This document shows, piece by piece, positions 1 to 10,626 of a stretch of 64,000 nucleotides of DNA. Source of the stretch: Escherichia phage pEC-M719-6WT.1. Each line of letters starts with the position of its first letter. The first letter of the stretch is position 1. The position numbers and the translations under genes are program-made. The notes beneath the pieces are model-generated. The model saw only the letters and a list, made by a program, of their open reading frames with translations, was not told the DNA's origin and searched no databases. Where the stretch lies: sequence record OQ845957.1, one strand, 5' to 3'.

Positions 1-1602
1 ATGGATTTAAATGCTATTAAGCAGAAGCGAGTGGAAGATGTAAGGAAAGTCCTAGCTGGAGAGTTGGGGCTTTCTGAAGAAGTAAAAGAAATTATCAAAT
101 CATTTGGTAAAGACCCGTCTAAATTCCTTCCTACTCAGATTCTGACTTTATTAAGATATTCACCAGACCAAGTAAGACTCATCTTTAAATTGATGACTGA
201 CAAGAACTACGTAGCTCCACAGCCTGGGTCTCAGGAAGTATTCTTGAACACTAATGCTGACTTGGTGCTATATGGTGGTGCTGCTGGTGCTGGTAAAACG
301 GCTGCCCTTTTAATGGACTCATTACGATTCATTGAAGACCCTAACTATAATGCTGTATATTTCCGTCGAAATACTACGCAGCTACAAGGTGGTTTATGGC
401 CTGCTGCTAAAAAGTTATTTGGTAAGTTTGGTGGTACTCCACACGAACAGAAAATGACTATTACATTCCCTTCAGGAGCTACTATTAAGTTTACTTACTT
501 GGAACTTGAAAAACACTCAGAAGGTCACCAAGGGATTGAATACTCAGCTATCTACTTTGACGAAGGTACACACTTCTCAGCTTCACAGATTTCATATCTA
601 CAAACACGTTTACGTTCTGGTGCTGAAGGTGATTCATACATGAAGATTTCTATGAACCCTGATAGAGACCACTTCATCTATGATTGGGTAGAACCTTTCC
701 TTGACGAAGACGGTTATCCAGACCCTGACAAGTGCGGTAGGATTCGTTGGTATGTTATGAATGATGGTGTGATGGTTTCTGATTGGGACAGAGACAAGAT
801 TCTTGAAATGTTCCCTCTTGAGATTCCTCAAACGTATACCTTCATTTCTGGTACAATCGATGATAACCCAATCCTTGACTTCTTGGAACCTAAGTATCGT
901 GGTAAGCTTGAAAACAACACTCCAGTTAACGTAGCAAGACTTCGTTTTGGTAACTGGAAAGCTCGTGCTGAAGGTTCTAGCTATTGGCAAAGACAATGGT
1001 GTGAGATTGTTGACAGTGTTCCACCAGATATCTTTGACGTTCGAGCATGGGACTTAGCGGCTACTTTACCATCTGAAGTTAACCCTAACCCTGACTGGAC
1101 AGCAGGTGTCAGAATGGCTAAATCTAAAAAAGATGGTTGCTATTATGTCATGAACGTAGTAAGATTTAGGGATAGACCTTCTGGAGTCGAGACACAAATT
1201 AACTTGACTGCTGAAAGCGACGGTAAGCGCACAGGTATTTTTATCCCTCAAGACCCCGGCGCTGCTGGTAAATCCTACGCAACATCCCTTATCAGAAAGC
1301 TTGCTGAGAAAGGCTACAGAGCAAGAGCAAAACCAACAAATAAAGATAAAGTCACCCGTTTTGCGGGTTTCTCTGCTGCTTCTGAAGCAGGATTGGTTAA
1401 GATTGTCAGAGGTAGCTGGAACGAAGCTTACTTCCAAGAACTAGAAGGTTTTTGTGGAGATGGTAAGACCAAGGATGACCAAGTGGATGCTACAAGTGAT
1501 GCTTTCAACAGTCTCAATGAGGTAAAACTGTTTAAGCCACCTTCAATGGGAACTCACACAGACTTAGTGAGAAATAACCCTTATGAGGGACTTAGACGCT
1601 AA
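1..1602 (+). CDS. Terminase large subunit (ATPase + nuclease); may be 5'-truncated by the window edge
   Basis: 533 aa; Walker A-like GGAAGAGKT near N-terminus; sits immediately upstream of portal gene. Confidence 0.8.
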   Translation: MDLNAIKQKRVEDVRKVLAGELGLSEEVKEIIKSFGKDPSKFLPTQILTLLRYSPDQVRLIFKLMTDKNYVAPQPGSQEVFLNTNADLVLYGGAAGAGKTAALLMDSLRFIEDPNYNAVYFRRNTTQLQGGLWPAAKKLFGKFGGTPHEQKMTITFPSGATIKFTYLELEKHSEGHQGIEYSAIYFDEGTHFSASQISYLQTRLRSGAEGDSYMKISMNPDRDHFIYDWVEPFLDEDGYPDPDKCGRIRWYVMNDGVMVSDWDRDKILEMFPLEIPQTYTFISGTIDDNPILDFLEPKYRGKLENNTPVNVARLRFGNWKARAEGSSYWQRQWCEIVDSVPPDIFDVRAWDLAATLPSEVNPNPDWTAGVRMAKSKKDGCYYVMNVVRFRDRPSGVETQINLTAESDGKRTGIFIPQDPGAAGKSYATSLIRKLAEKGYRARAKPTNKDKVTRFAGFSAASEAGLVKIVRGSWNEAYFQELEGFCGDGKTKDDQVDATSDAFNSLNEVKLFKPPSMGTHTDLVRNNPYEGLRR

Positions 1603-1618
1603 TGAAGCGGTGAGATGA

Positions 1619-3085
1619 ATGACAGATATTACAGAAACACAAGAAAGCCTACCACCATTTAGAATGGGTGAGGTTGGGAGTCTTGGTATCAAAGTTCGTA
1701 ATGGAAGAATCTATGAAGAACCTAGACAAGCCTTAAGATTCCCAGAAAGTATCAAGACTTTCCAACTTATGATGCGTGACCCTGCTGTAGCAGCATCTGT
1801 AAACATTATTAAGATGTTTGTTAGAAAAGTCAACTGGAGATTTGTTCCACCGAAAGGTAAAGAGCAAGACCAGAAGATGATTGAGCGAGCAGACTTCTTT
1901 AACTCTCTGATGGATGACATGGAACATGATTGGGCTGACTTTATTAACTCTGTAATGTCATTCTGTACTTACGGATTCTGCGTGAATGAGAAAGTTTACA
2001 AGAAGCGTCAGGGTAATAAAGGGAAATATCCTTCAAGATATAATGACGGATTAATTGGTTGGGCTAAACTCCCAATTAGAAATCAGTCAACTCTTGATAA
2101 GTGGTATTTTGACGAAGATTACAGAAAAGTAATTGGTGTTAGACAGAACCTTAGAAATGTTTCACATATTGCTGGAGCAATTAATCTTGGAGAAAGACCT
2201 CTGACAAGGAAACTTCCAAGAAGTAAATTTATGCTGTTCAAATATGACGATGAATATGGAAACCCAGAGGGACGTTCACCATTACTTAATGCTTATGTAC
2301 CTTGGAAATATAAAGTTCAGATTGAAGAGTATGAAGCTGTAGGTGTTTCCAGAGACTTAGTAGGTATGCCAAAGATTGGTTTACCACCTGATTATCTGGA
2401 TGAGAATGCAGAACCTGAAAAGAAAGCTTTCGTAGAATACTGCAAAGCTGTAGTAAATGATATGATTGCAAATGACCGAGCAGGTTTAATCTGGCCTAGA
2501 TTTATCGACCCAGAAACTAAAGAGGATATTTTCGAGTTCTCCCTAGTTTCTAGACAGGGTGCTAAAGCATACGACACAGGGGCTATCATTGACCGTTATT
2601 CAAAACAGATTATGATGGCGTTTATGTCAGATGTACTTGCAATGGGACAATCAAAGTACGGTTCATTCTCTTTGGCAGATTCTAAGACAAGCTTACTGGC
2701 AATGTCTGTAGATATTCTTCTGAAACAAATTAAGAACGTTATTAATCGTGACCTAGTAGCACAGACTTATGCTCTTAATATGTGGGATGATGAAGAACAC
2801 ATAGAAATTGTCTATGACGATATTGAAACTCCAGACCTAGAAGCTATCGGTGCTTATATTCAGAAGACCGTTGCAGTTGGTGCTATGGAAGTTGACAAGC
2901 AATTGTCAGACAAGCTTAGAGAGAATATTGGCTTGCCACCTGCTGATGAATCTAAACCTGTGTCTGAAGCTTTATCTCCAAATACTCAGAGTCGTTCTGG
3001 TGATGGTTATAAGACTGCTGGAGAGGGAACTGCTAAGACTCCTTCAGCAAAAGACCCAAGTACAGCTAATAAGGCAAACAAATAA
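1619..3085 (+). CDS. Portal protein
   Basis: 488 aa ORF directly after terminase and before protease/capsid genes; size and position typical of portal. Confidence 0.75.
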   Translation: MTDITETQESLPPFRMGEVGSLGIKVRNGRIYEEPRQALRFPESIKTFQLMMRDPAVAASVNIIKMFVRKVNWRFVPPKGKEQDQKMIERADFFNSLMDDMEHDWADFINSVMSFCTYGFCVNEKVYKKRQGNKGKYPSRYNDGLIGWAKLPIRNQSTLDKWYFDEDYRKVIGVRQNLRNVSHIAGAINLGERPLTRKLPRSKFMLFKYDDEYGNPEGRSPLLNAYVPWKYKVQIEEYEAVGVSRDLVGMPKIGLPPDYLDENAEPEKKAFVEYCKAVVNDMIANDRAGLIWPRFIDPETKEDIFEFSLVSRQGAKAYDTGAIIDRYSKQIMMAFMSDVLAMGQSKYGSFSLADSKTSLLAMSVDILLKQIKNVINRDLVAQTYALNMWDDEEHIEIVYDDIETPDLEAIGAYIQKTVAVGAMEVDKQLSDKLRENIGLPPADESKPVSEALSPNTQSRSGDGYKTAGEGTAKTPSAKDPSTANKANK

Positions 3086-3585
3086 TGGCAGAAGTTATCT
3101 CTATTTCCAATGCTACGAGAGTGCATTCTTATAGAGGTGTCTTAGTCATTACTGACAATTTAACTGTGGAGGCTGGCTCAAGGGTCAGCCTTACAGGGTT
3201 TGTTAGTGATGGTGGAACCTCGAACGTTTTCACAATTTGCAGGTTACTTGATGCTCCAATGAGCGGAAAATCGTTTATTCCACAAAATTGTTACGAAATT
3301 GTTAAAATTCCATTTGACAGTTCATGCCTTTTGGGTGTAAAGTTATATAACTGTGAGAACAAACGTATTAACGTTAACAGCGTTGAAGCTGCTTTCATTA
3401 CCATTGACACAGCATTTCAATCTCCTATGACAGTAAACAAAGAGACTAACAGACTCGAATACATTTTTTCACAAAATGATTACAAAGTACTTGTCAAAGG
3501 TAAAGTTTATGATATGATTGTAAATGTGGTGGATGAATCTGGTAACCATTCAACAGTCCTTAAACAGAAAGTAAGGTTTAATTAA
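3085..3585 (+). CDS. Hypothetical head-module protein
   Basis: 166 aa ORF, start overlaps portal stop (ATGA-type coupling). Confidence 0.5.
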   Translation: MAEVISISNATRVHSYRGVLVITDNLTVEAGSRVSLTGFVSDGGTSNVFTICRLLDAPMSGKSFIPQNCYEIVKIPFDSSCLLGVKLYNCENKRINVNSVEAAFITIDTAFQSPMTVNKETNRLEYIFSQNDYKVLVKGKVYDMIVNVVDESGNHSTVLKQKVRFN

Positions 3586-3917
3586 TGGGAACATTAACTA
3601 TTGATGGTAAGAATAAAATCCTAGCCACACTAACCCCGACGACAATTGTTTTACACAATGTAGACCCAACGGCAGACCCTACAGCAAACAAGGTTACTCA
3701 GCCAGTGGCTATTCTATTTTCAGAACCTAACAACGGGCTAATTGCCTCAGAAGATACAGTTAATATTACTGTACCAGCTTCTGCTACGGTTTCTCATTAT
3801 AGCCTGTGGGATGACAATAACAAGTGCATGGCAACGGGTGCTTTAAGTAGTCCTCAATTCTTTGCTGAAGAAGGTATTTATGTTATCTCTTCAGTATCTG
3901 TGGATTTAAACAAATAG
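3585..3917 (+). CDS. Hypothetical head-module protein
   Basis: 110 aa ORF, coupled to upstream ORF. Confidence 0.5.
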   Translation: MGTLTIDGKNKILATLTPTTIVLHNVDPTADPTANKVTQPVAILFSEPNNGLIASEDTVNITVPASATVSHYSLWDDNNKCMATGALSSPQFFAEEGIYVISSVSVDLNK

Positions 3918-3928
3918 GGTGAAAAAGA

Positions 3929-5272
3929 ATGAGTTCGAATATCTTCAGACTTGCTGATAGATTATTCAACCAGCCTTTACTAGCCACAGAATCACTAGCT
4001 CACTCAGCAGCGACTTATGTTAATAACCGTCTGTTAGGTGAAGTTCAAGCAGCAGTAAACTTTGACAAACCTAAAGGTGAAGCAAGAAGTCTTTTAAAAG
4101 TAAAAGATGACATTGCTATTATTCCTATTATGGGTGGCCTTACACATCGTATGACCTTTATGGATGCTATGTGTACTGGTGGTCTAAGTTCTTATGAAGG
4201 TTTACGCAGAGGCTTCGACGAAGCTTTAGCAGATGAATCTATCAATACTATCTTGCTGCATGTTGATTCAGGTGGTGGTGAAGCGTCAGGTTGTTTTGAG
4301 TTGGCACGTCACATCATGGCCTCAAGAGGCAAAAAGAAAATTATTGCTTATGTAGATGAGTTCGCATGTTCCGCTGCATATGCTCTTGCATCTTCTGCTG
4401 ACGAAGTTATTGCTTCTCCAGATGCTGATGTTGGTTCAATTGGTGTAATTATGGTTCACCAAGAATTAACTAAGGCATTTGAAAAGAATGGCGTAACAAT
4501 TAACGTTATTAAAGCTGGAGAATTTAAAGGTATGGGTTCCCCATTCCAAGCTCTCTCAGAAGAAAGTAAAGCAAGACTTCAGAAACGTATTGACGACACC
4601 TACTCAACCTTTACAGGTTTTGTTGCAGAAGCTCGTGATATCTCTGAAGAAGCTGTAAAGAATACTGAGGCGAATGTTTATTCTGCTCAGGAAGCTCTTG
4701 AACTTGGTTTAATTAATTCAATCATGTCTCAAGATGATTTCTTAAATTACTTACAAGGTTCTGAAGAAGCTCCTGTAAGTTTAAACGTTAACAATTCAGG
4801 TGAAGAAATGACTGAACAAGAAAAGCAAGAACTAGAAGCTTTGCGTCTTCAGGTTGCTCAAATGAAAGCTAAAGAACAAGAAGCTGCTCTGTCAGATTTA
4901 ACTGGCAAGATTTCTGCTTCTGCTGAAGCTTTTGGGTTTGACGCAACAGAAGCTGCTCAGGCTATCTTAGGCGCTGGTCTTGACAACCCTCTGAGTGTTC
5001 TCTTTATGAATGCTATGGAAGGTGCTAACCAGAAACTAAATGAAACTATCGCGGCTCATGCTTCTGCATTGTCAGAGAAAGATTCCGAAATCACTAAGCT
5101 AAAAGAAACTGCTGGTGCTGTTCTGGAACACTCTAACGCAATGGAAGAAATGGGTAATGACGGTGAAGCAGAACTGGTTGACGAAGAAAAACCTTCTGAA
5201 AACGCATCTGATGACACCGCAGAACAACGCAAACTGGCTCTCCAGAATGCTTTGAAATCTCTTATCAAATAA
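3929..5272 (+). CDS. Prohead protease (S49/SppA-like, lambda gpC-type) fused to coiled-coil scaffold-like C-terminal domain
   Basis: 447 aa; N-terminal peptidase-like region, C-terminal E/A/Q-rich coiled-coil; lies between portal and capsid genes. Confidence 0.7.
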   Translation: MSSNIFRLADRLFNQPLLATESLAHSAATYVNNRLLGEVQAAVNFDKPKGEARSLLKVKDDIAIIPIMGGLTHRMTFMDAMCTGGLSSYEGLRRGFDEALADESINTILLHVDSGGGEASGCFELARHIMASRGKKKIIAYVDEFACSAAYALASSADEVIASPDADVGSIGVIMVHQELTKAFEKNGVTINVIKAGEFKGMGSPFQALSEESKARLQKRIDDTYSTFTGFVAEARDISEEAVKNTEANVYSAQEALELGLINSIMSQDDFLNYLQGSEEAPVSLNVNNSGEEMTEQEKQELEALRLQVAQMKAKEQEAALSDLTGKISASAEAFGFDATEAAQAILGAGLDNPLSVLFMNAMEGANQKLNETIAAHASALSEKDSEITKLKETAGAVLEHSNAMEEMGNDGEAELVDEEKPSENASDDTAEQRKLALQNALKSLIK

Positions 5273-5284
5273 GGAACACAAATA

Positions 5285-5662
5285 ATGGCATATGAAGGTT
5301 TTACTCACTTAGGTAACAGAGAACCATTGAATGATATCATTCTTTGGGAACAGATTACACCAACAGGTCACTCTCGTAAAGAGTACGCTCCAGTCGCTTC
5401 TACAGAATACCGTGTCGGTGAAGTCCTGAAAGCTGATGGTACTAAGGTAGCCGCTGGCGAAGAATCTCAGGCTGATTCTGTTTGTATCGTAAACTTCTAC
5501 GCAGACCTGCAACTGTCTTACCACGGTCAGTTGAAAGTTGTTGGTATCTACCGTGATGCTGAACTGAAAGACCTCTTAACTCTGGCTGAAGATGTTGATG
5601 CTGACGCAGTTAAGGCGGCTCTGAAAGCGAAAGGCATTGATTTCGTACCAACTGGCCTGTAA
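5285..5662 (+). CDS. Head decoration protein (lambda gpD-like)
   Basis: 125 aa ORF immediately upstream of major capsid gene; size/position as lambda D; highly-expressed-type codon usage. Confidence 0.55.
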   Translation: MAYEGFTHLGNREPLNDIILWEQITPTGHSRKEYAPVASTEYRVGEVLKADGTKVAAGEESQADSVCIVNFYADLQLSYHGQLKVVGIYRDAELKDLLTLAEDVDADAVKAALKAKGIDFVPTGL

Positions 5663-5692
5663 TAACAATAAGACATTCTGGAGAATTTTATA

Positions 5693-6805
5693 ATGGCATT
5701 AACTAATTCTGAAAAAAGCAGATTTTTCCTTGCTGACCTGACTGGTGAAGTCCAGTCTATCCCAAATACTTACGGTTATATTTCCGGTTTGGGTCTTTTC
5801 CGTTCTGCCCCAATTACTCAGACTACTTTCCTGATGGATTTAACTGAGTCTGACATTAGCTTACTGGATGCAGTAGACCGTACCAGCCGTAAAGCTGAGA
5901 CGAGTGCTCCAGAAAGAGTTAAGCAGATTAGCTTCCCAATGATGTACTTCAAGGAAGTGGAAAGCATTACTCCTGATGAAATTCAGGGTGTACGTCAGCC
6001 AGGCACTGCAAACGAACTGACCACTGAAGCTATCGTTCGTGCTCGTAAGCTGATGAAGATTCGTACCAAGTTCGATATTACTCGTGAGTTCTTGTTCATG
6101 CAAGCTCTGAAGGGTAAAGTAATCGACGCTAACGGTGTTCTGTACGCTGACCTGTTCAAGCAGTTCGACGTTGAGAAGAAGACTGTTTACTTCGACCTTG
6201 ACAATCCAAACGCTGATATCGACGCTGCTATCGAAGAACTTCGTATGCACATGGAAGATGAAGCTAAAGTCGGTACTGTAATCAACGGTGAAGAAATTCA
6301 CATCGTTGTTGACCGTCTGTTCTTCAGCAAACTTATCAAGCATCCGAAGATTCGTGACGCATACCTTGCACAGCAGACTCCGCTGGCTTGGCAGCAGATT
6401 ACCGGCTCTCTTAGAACTGGTGGTACTGATGGCGTTCAGGCGCACATGAACACATTCTACTACGGTGGTGTGAAGTTCGTTCAGTACAACGGTAAGTTCC
6501 AAGATAAGCGTGGTAATACTCACGTTCTGGTAAGCATCAACGGCGTAGCAAACACTGTAGGTGTTGGTCATGCGTTCCCTAACGTTTCTATGTTGGGTGA
6601 AGCTAACAACATCTTCGAAGTTGCATATGGCCCATGTCCTAAGATGGGTTACGCAAATACTCTTGGTCAGGAACTGTATGTATTCGAATACGAAAAAGAC
6701 CGTGACGAAGGTATTGACTTCGAAGCTCACTCTTACATGCTGCCATACTGCACACGTCCTCAGTTGCTGGTAGACGTTCGTTCTGACGCTGCACCACAAG
6801 ACTAA
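5693..6805 (+). CDS. Major capsid protein (lambda gpE-like family)
   Basis: 370 aa; strong GGAG-type RBS; biased codon usage typical of abundant structural protein; position after protease/decoration genes. Confidence 0.8.
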   Translation: MALTNSEKSRFFLADLTGEVQSIPNTYGYISGLGLFRSAPITQTTFLMDLTESDISLLDAVDRTSRKAETSAPERVKQISFPMMYFKEVESITPDEIQGVRQPGTANELTTEAIVRARKLMKIRTKFDITREFLFMQALKGKVIDANGVLYADLFKQFDVEKKTVYFDLDNPNADIDAAIEELRMHMEDEAKVGTVINGEEIHIVVDRLFFSKLIKHPKIRDAYLAQQTPLAWQQITGSLRTGGTDGVQAHMNTFYYGGVKFVQYNGKFQDKRGNTHVLVSINGVANTVGVGHAFPNVSMLGEANNIFEVAYGPCPKMGYANTLGQELYVFEYEKDRDEGIDFEAHSYMLPYCTRPQLLVDVRSDAAPQD

Positions 6806-6826
6806 TACTTGAAAGGAGGGTTATAA

Positions 6827-7279
6827 ATGTGTTATACAGGCGACCCCGCCAATAACCCTCTTGATAGAGTAAGAATCCTCTGCACCGACACCAATAACGA
6901 TGAACTTCTTATTGAACAGTCGGTGCTAGAGTGGTTCTATGTGGAATCTGGTAAAGACGAAAAGAAAGCAGCCATCAAAGCTCTTAAATATTTACTCTTT
7001 CAAGTAGCCAAGATGGGAGATGAGAAAGTTGGTGGTGTTTACTTACGTAACTCTTCCAGATTCAAGTCTCTAAAAGCTGTCTACGACGACCTGATTAAAA
7101 GTTCAGTGTCTGGTCTACCTTATGCGGGTGGGATTAGTCAGTGTGATATTGATATCAGGCGTCAACAGAATCCTTGCTCTGTCAAGAAATATACTGAATA
7201 TGGCGATGCTGCTAGATATCATGGTAGAGACTTCTGCCATAATGTCAATGGCGTATTTGTAATTGAGCGAGATGAATAA
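6827..7279 (+). CDS. Hypothetical head-tail joining/completion protein
   Basis: 150 aa ORF in head-to-tail junction region. Confidence 0.5.
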   Translation: MCYTGDPANNPLDRVRILCTDTNNDELLIEQSVLEWFYVESGKDEKKAAIKALKYLLFQVAKMGDEKVGGVYLRNSSRFKSLKAVYDDLIKSSVSGLPYAGGISQCDIDIRRQQNPCSVKKYTEYGDAARYHGRDFCHNVNGVFVIERDE

Positions 7280-7761
7280 TGGTAAAAAGGGTTATTCACC
7301 CCGCTAGAGCTAAATTAGTCGGGGCTATGAAGAACTTGCAAACGGCTAATGCTCAAGTTGGGTATTTTCAAGAACAAGGTCAACATAGCTCTGGTTTTTC
7401 TTATCCTGCTTTAATGTACTTACACGAAGTTATAGGGGTTCCCTCAGCTTCTGGTAAGGTTTATCGTAGGCTGTTTGAAATCACTATGATGCTACACAAA
7501 CAGACCTTGTTAGAGCAGACTAAGAAGAATCTCTATAAGCAACTAAACAGTCTTACTGTAGACCCTTCAAATACCTTGGAAGCATTTGCAAAGAGTGCTC
7601 AAGGGGCAATTAAAAGAGGTTTTGGTAATACTGCTATCCTTCCTCCTAACGCACCTTCCACAGTAGCTAAAAAAGGTTTTAACGCTCCACTTGTGGAAAC
7701 AGGTGACTTAAGAGAAAACCTTGCTTATAAAATTTCTACTAAAAAGGGCATTAAGAAATGA
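7279..7761 (+). CDS. Hypothetical head-tail connector protein
   Basis: 160 aa ORF, coupled start. Confidence 0.5.
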   Translation: MVKRVIHPARAKLVGAMKNLQTANAQVGYFQEQGQHSSGFSYPALMYLHEVIGVPSASGKVYRRLFEITMMLHKQTLLEQTKKNLYKQLNSLTVDPSNTLEAFAKSAQGAIKRGFGNTAILPPNAPSTVAKKGFNAPLVETGDLRENLAYKISTKKGIKK

Positions 7762-8159
7762 GACTCTTAAACAGACACAGCTTTGTAGTTAAACGCAAAG
7801 TATCTGAAGATGGCTATTACAATAACGATGGTGATTGGATTGCTTCTCAAGATATTGTTGAGGTAAACTGCAAAGGTAATATTCAACCCTATATTAAGGG
7901 TTCTGTAAAGAATGGTACGCAGATTGTTTTACCTGAAGGTATCAGACTGACAGATACAAGAATCCTTTTCACTGTAGCTCAACTGAGAACGTCTGATGAC
8001 GTTGATTGGACTGAAGCAGATATTGTAATGATTGATAGTCACGAATACGAAGTATTTATGACGATGGATTGGTCTAATCAGTTAGCTCACACATCCCATT
8101 ATGAATATATCATCATTAGAAGGGATAAAATGAATGCAGTTAGAAACAGCAGAACTTGA
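7758..8159 (+). CDS. Hypothetical tail completion protein
   Basis: 133 aa ORF, overlapping start/stop. Confidence 0.5.
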   Translation: MRLLNRHSFVVKRKVSEDGYYNNDGDWIASQDIVEVNCKGNIQPYIKGSVKNGTQIVLPEGIRLTDTRILFTVAQLRTSDDVDWTEADIVMIDSHEYEVFMTMDWSNQLAHTSHYEYIIIRRDKMNAVRNSRT

Positions 8160-8733
8160 GAAGGGTATTGTAAGAACTCTGGTAACAATTATTGGTCACA
8201 GGTTAGCTCGTGATAAGAATAACAGACCAAACGTTATCAGGGCATACCCATCTGACAACTCAAATGATAAAGGTCTAAAACCTGACCAGCCATTTATTAC
8301 AGTTTACTGTCAAGATGCTACAACACCTTATGGGTGGGTACTTGATAAATTCGTGGAAGATGATGTAGTTTGTTACAGAATTGCTTTTCAGATTCCAGTG
8401 TTAATTACTGTGAATGGTAAAGGTGCTCATAGTATTATGCTAGAGCTAAAACAGAGATTAGAGATGAGTTCCACAAGGGATTTATTAGCTGAGGAAACAG
8501 GAGCATCCGTTCTTGATACCGGAGCTATCCCAAATGATTACACTTATCTTAATACAGACTTTGAAAATTCTGCACCTCTTGTTGTAATACTCGTAAAAAA
8601 TTCAGTATTAAAAGATGAACGTGGAAGTATTATTGAACGTGTCATTGTTGATGGTGAGTTAGTTTATGAGGAAGGACAGGAGCCACCAGAATATACTATC
8701 CATCTAGATGTAGACTCCAAAGGGGTAAAATAA
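8134..8733 (+). CDS. Hypothetical tail protein
   Basis: 199 aa ORF upstream of sheath gene. Confidence 0.5.
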   Translation: MQLETAELEKGIVRTLVTIIGHRLARDKNNRPNVIRAYPSDNSNDKGLKPDQPFITVYCQDATTPYGWVLDKFVEDDVVCYRIAFQIPVLITVNGKGAHSIMLELKQRLEMSSTRDLLAEETGASVLDTGAIPNDYTYLNTDFENSAPLVVILVKNSVLKDERGSIIERVIVDGELVYEEGQEPPEYTIHLDVDSKGVK

Positions 8734-10086
8734 ATGTGGAATCCAATTGTTAATGTAGATATTACATTGAACACAGCAGGGACTACGAGAGAAGGTTTTG
8801 GACTGCCATTATTCTTAGCTTCAACAGATAACTTTGAAGAAAGAATTCGTGGTTATACTTCACTGACTGAAGTTGCCGAAGACTTTGATGAAAGTTCTGC
8901 TGCATACAAAGCTGCAAAACAGCTATGGAGTCAGACTCCAAAAGTAACTCAACTTTATATTGGTAGACGTTCTATGCAGTATACCGTTGCTGTTCCTGAT
9001 GCCGTTGCTGAGAGTACAGAATACTCTCTGACAGTTGCTGTAGGTGGTGGCGTATCTCAACCATTCCAGTACACAGCTAAGGCCGATGATACAGCCCTGA
9101 TTGTTCTAAATGAATTTAAAACTCAGATTGAAGCAAGCCCTGCTGTTAAAGATGGTGTTCAGGTCAATGTAACAGGTACTGGTGACTCAGCTACAATGCT
9201 TATCTCCAAAGCAGGTGATAATGATTTTGTAAAAGTTACTACAACTGGACAGACTCTTTCAATCTCTTCTACGACTGCTGACAGTGCTTCGACTGCCCTC
9301 TCTGCAATTGAAACGTACTCAACAGATTGGTACTTCATTGCTGCTGAAGACAGAACTTCACAGTTTGTCTTGGCGATGGCGTCTGAAATTCAGGCTCGTA
9401 AGAAGATTTTCTTCACAGCTAACGCTGATGTGAAAGCTCTACAAGGAACTGATTTAGCTTCTGCTACAGACGTACCAGCACAGCTTGCTAAATCCAAGTA
9501 CACTCGTACAGTCTGCTTGTGGCATCACACTGCTGAGTTTGATTACCCAGAAATGGCTTACATTGCTTATGGTGCTCCATATGATGCAGGTTCTATTGCA
9601 TGGGGTAACGCTCAGTTGACTGGTGTTGAAGCATCTTATCAGCCAGCTAACCAGAGACCTCTGACAAGCATTCAGAAATCTGCACTAGATGCACGTAGCT
9701 GTAACTTCATTGACCTTGATGGTGGTGTTCCGGTTGTGCGTAGAGGTATCACTTCAGGTGGGGAATGGATTGATATCGTTCGTGGTGTCGATTGGCTGAC
9801 TTCTGACTTGAAAACTTCTCTGAGAGACTTGCTAATTAATCAGAAGGGTGGTAAGATTACTTATGATGATACTGGTATTACTCGTATTCGTCAAGTCATT
9901 GAAACATCTCTTCAGAGAGCGGTTAACAGAAACTTTTTATCATCTTACACCGTTAATGTACCTAAAGCTTCTCAGGTTTCTTTAGCAGATAAGAAAGCAC
10001 GTATCCTGAAAGATATTACCTTCCACGGTATTATCGCAGGGGCTATCTTGGATGTTGACCTGAAAGGTACAGTGGCTTACGAATAA
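8734..10086 (+). CDS. Tail sheath protein
   Basis: 450 aa ORF immediately upstream of a ~150 aa tube-like ORF, chaperone pair and tape measure (P2-like order). Confidence 0.65.
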   Translation: MWNPIVNVDITLNTAGTTREGFGLPLFLASTDNFEERIRGYTSLTEVAEDFDESSAAYKAAKQLWSQTPKVTQLYIGRRSMQYTVAVPDAVAESTEYSLTVAVGGGVSQPFQYTAKADDTALIVLNEFKTQIEASPAVKDGVQVNVTGTGDSATMLISKAGDNDFVKVTTTGQTLSISSTTADSASTALSAIETYSTDWYFIAAEDRTSQFVLAMASEIQARKKIFFTANADVKALQGTDLASATDVPAQLAKSKYTRTVCLWHHTAEFDYPEMAYIAYGAPYDAGSIAWGNAQLTGVEASYQPANQRPLTSIQKSALDARSCNFIDLDGGVPVVRRGITSGGEWIDIVRGVDWLTSDLKTSLRDLLINQKGGKITYDDTGITRIRQVIETSLQRAVNRNFLSSYTVNVPKASQVSLADKKARILKDITFHGIIAGAILDVDLKGTVAYE

Positions 10087-10101
10087 TAGGAGTACTTTGG
10101 A

Positions 10102-10548
10102 ATGGCTATGTATCAGCAATATTCCCCTAAAGATGTAGTTTGTAGCTGGAATGGTATTGCCATTGAAGGCTTTGCTCCAGACTCTTTCCTACGTCTACAG
10201 AGAACGTCACCACTTGTTACACCAGTTGTTGGTGCAGGTGGTCAGGTAGCTCTGACAAGAAACGCAGATAAGACAGGTACTATTGAGATTGAGCTAATGC
10301 AGACCTCTCTATCTAACCAGATTCTTTCTGCGATTCAAGCTAAACAGGATGATATGGAACTTGAAGCAGATATCTCTTCTAACTTCGTAATCTATGACCC
10401 TTCAGGGTCTGTAATGGCAACTGGTATTAATGCTTGGTTGCAAGAACTTCCACAGGTTGAGTTAGGTCGTGACCAGAACTCTAAGACGTGGATTTTCGGA
10501 TGCGAACGTTTAGACTATACTTCTACAGTACCAGCGTCAAGCGTTTAA
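10102..10548 (+). CDS. Tail tube protein
   Basis: 148 aa ORF between sheath and chaperone genes; followed by strong terminator. Confidence 0.65.
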   Translation: MAMYQQYSPKDVVCSWNGIAIEGFAPDSFLRLQRTSPLVTPVVGAGGQVALTRNADKTGTIEIELMQTSLSNQILSAIQAKQDDMELEADISSNFVIYDPSGSVMATGINAWLQELPQVELGRDQNSKTWIFGCERLDYTSTVPASSV

Positions 10549-10561
10549 TAAAGCCTAATAA

Positions 10562-10595
10562 GGGGGAGACTGTAAAAGGTCTTCCCCTTTTGTGT
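10562..10595 (+). terminator. Rho-independent terminator after tail tube gene
   Basis: GGGGGAGAC-loop-GTCTTCCCC stem followed by TTTTGTGTTTTTG. Confidence 0.6.
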
Positions 10596-10626
10596 TTTTG
10601 TACACCAATAATTTTAAGGAATCACA

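Noticed and set aside
5861-6799. 312 aa minus-strand ORF inside the major capsid gene
   Set aside because: Antisense to a gene with clear structural context and strong RBS; odd composition, no start context. Shadow ORF.
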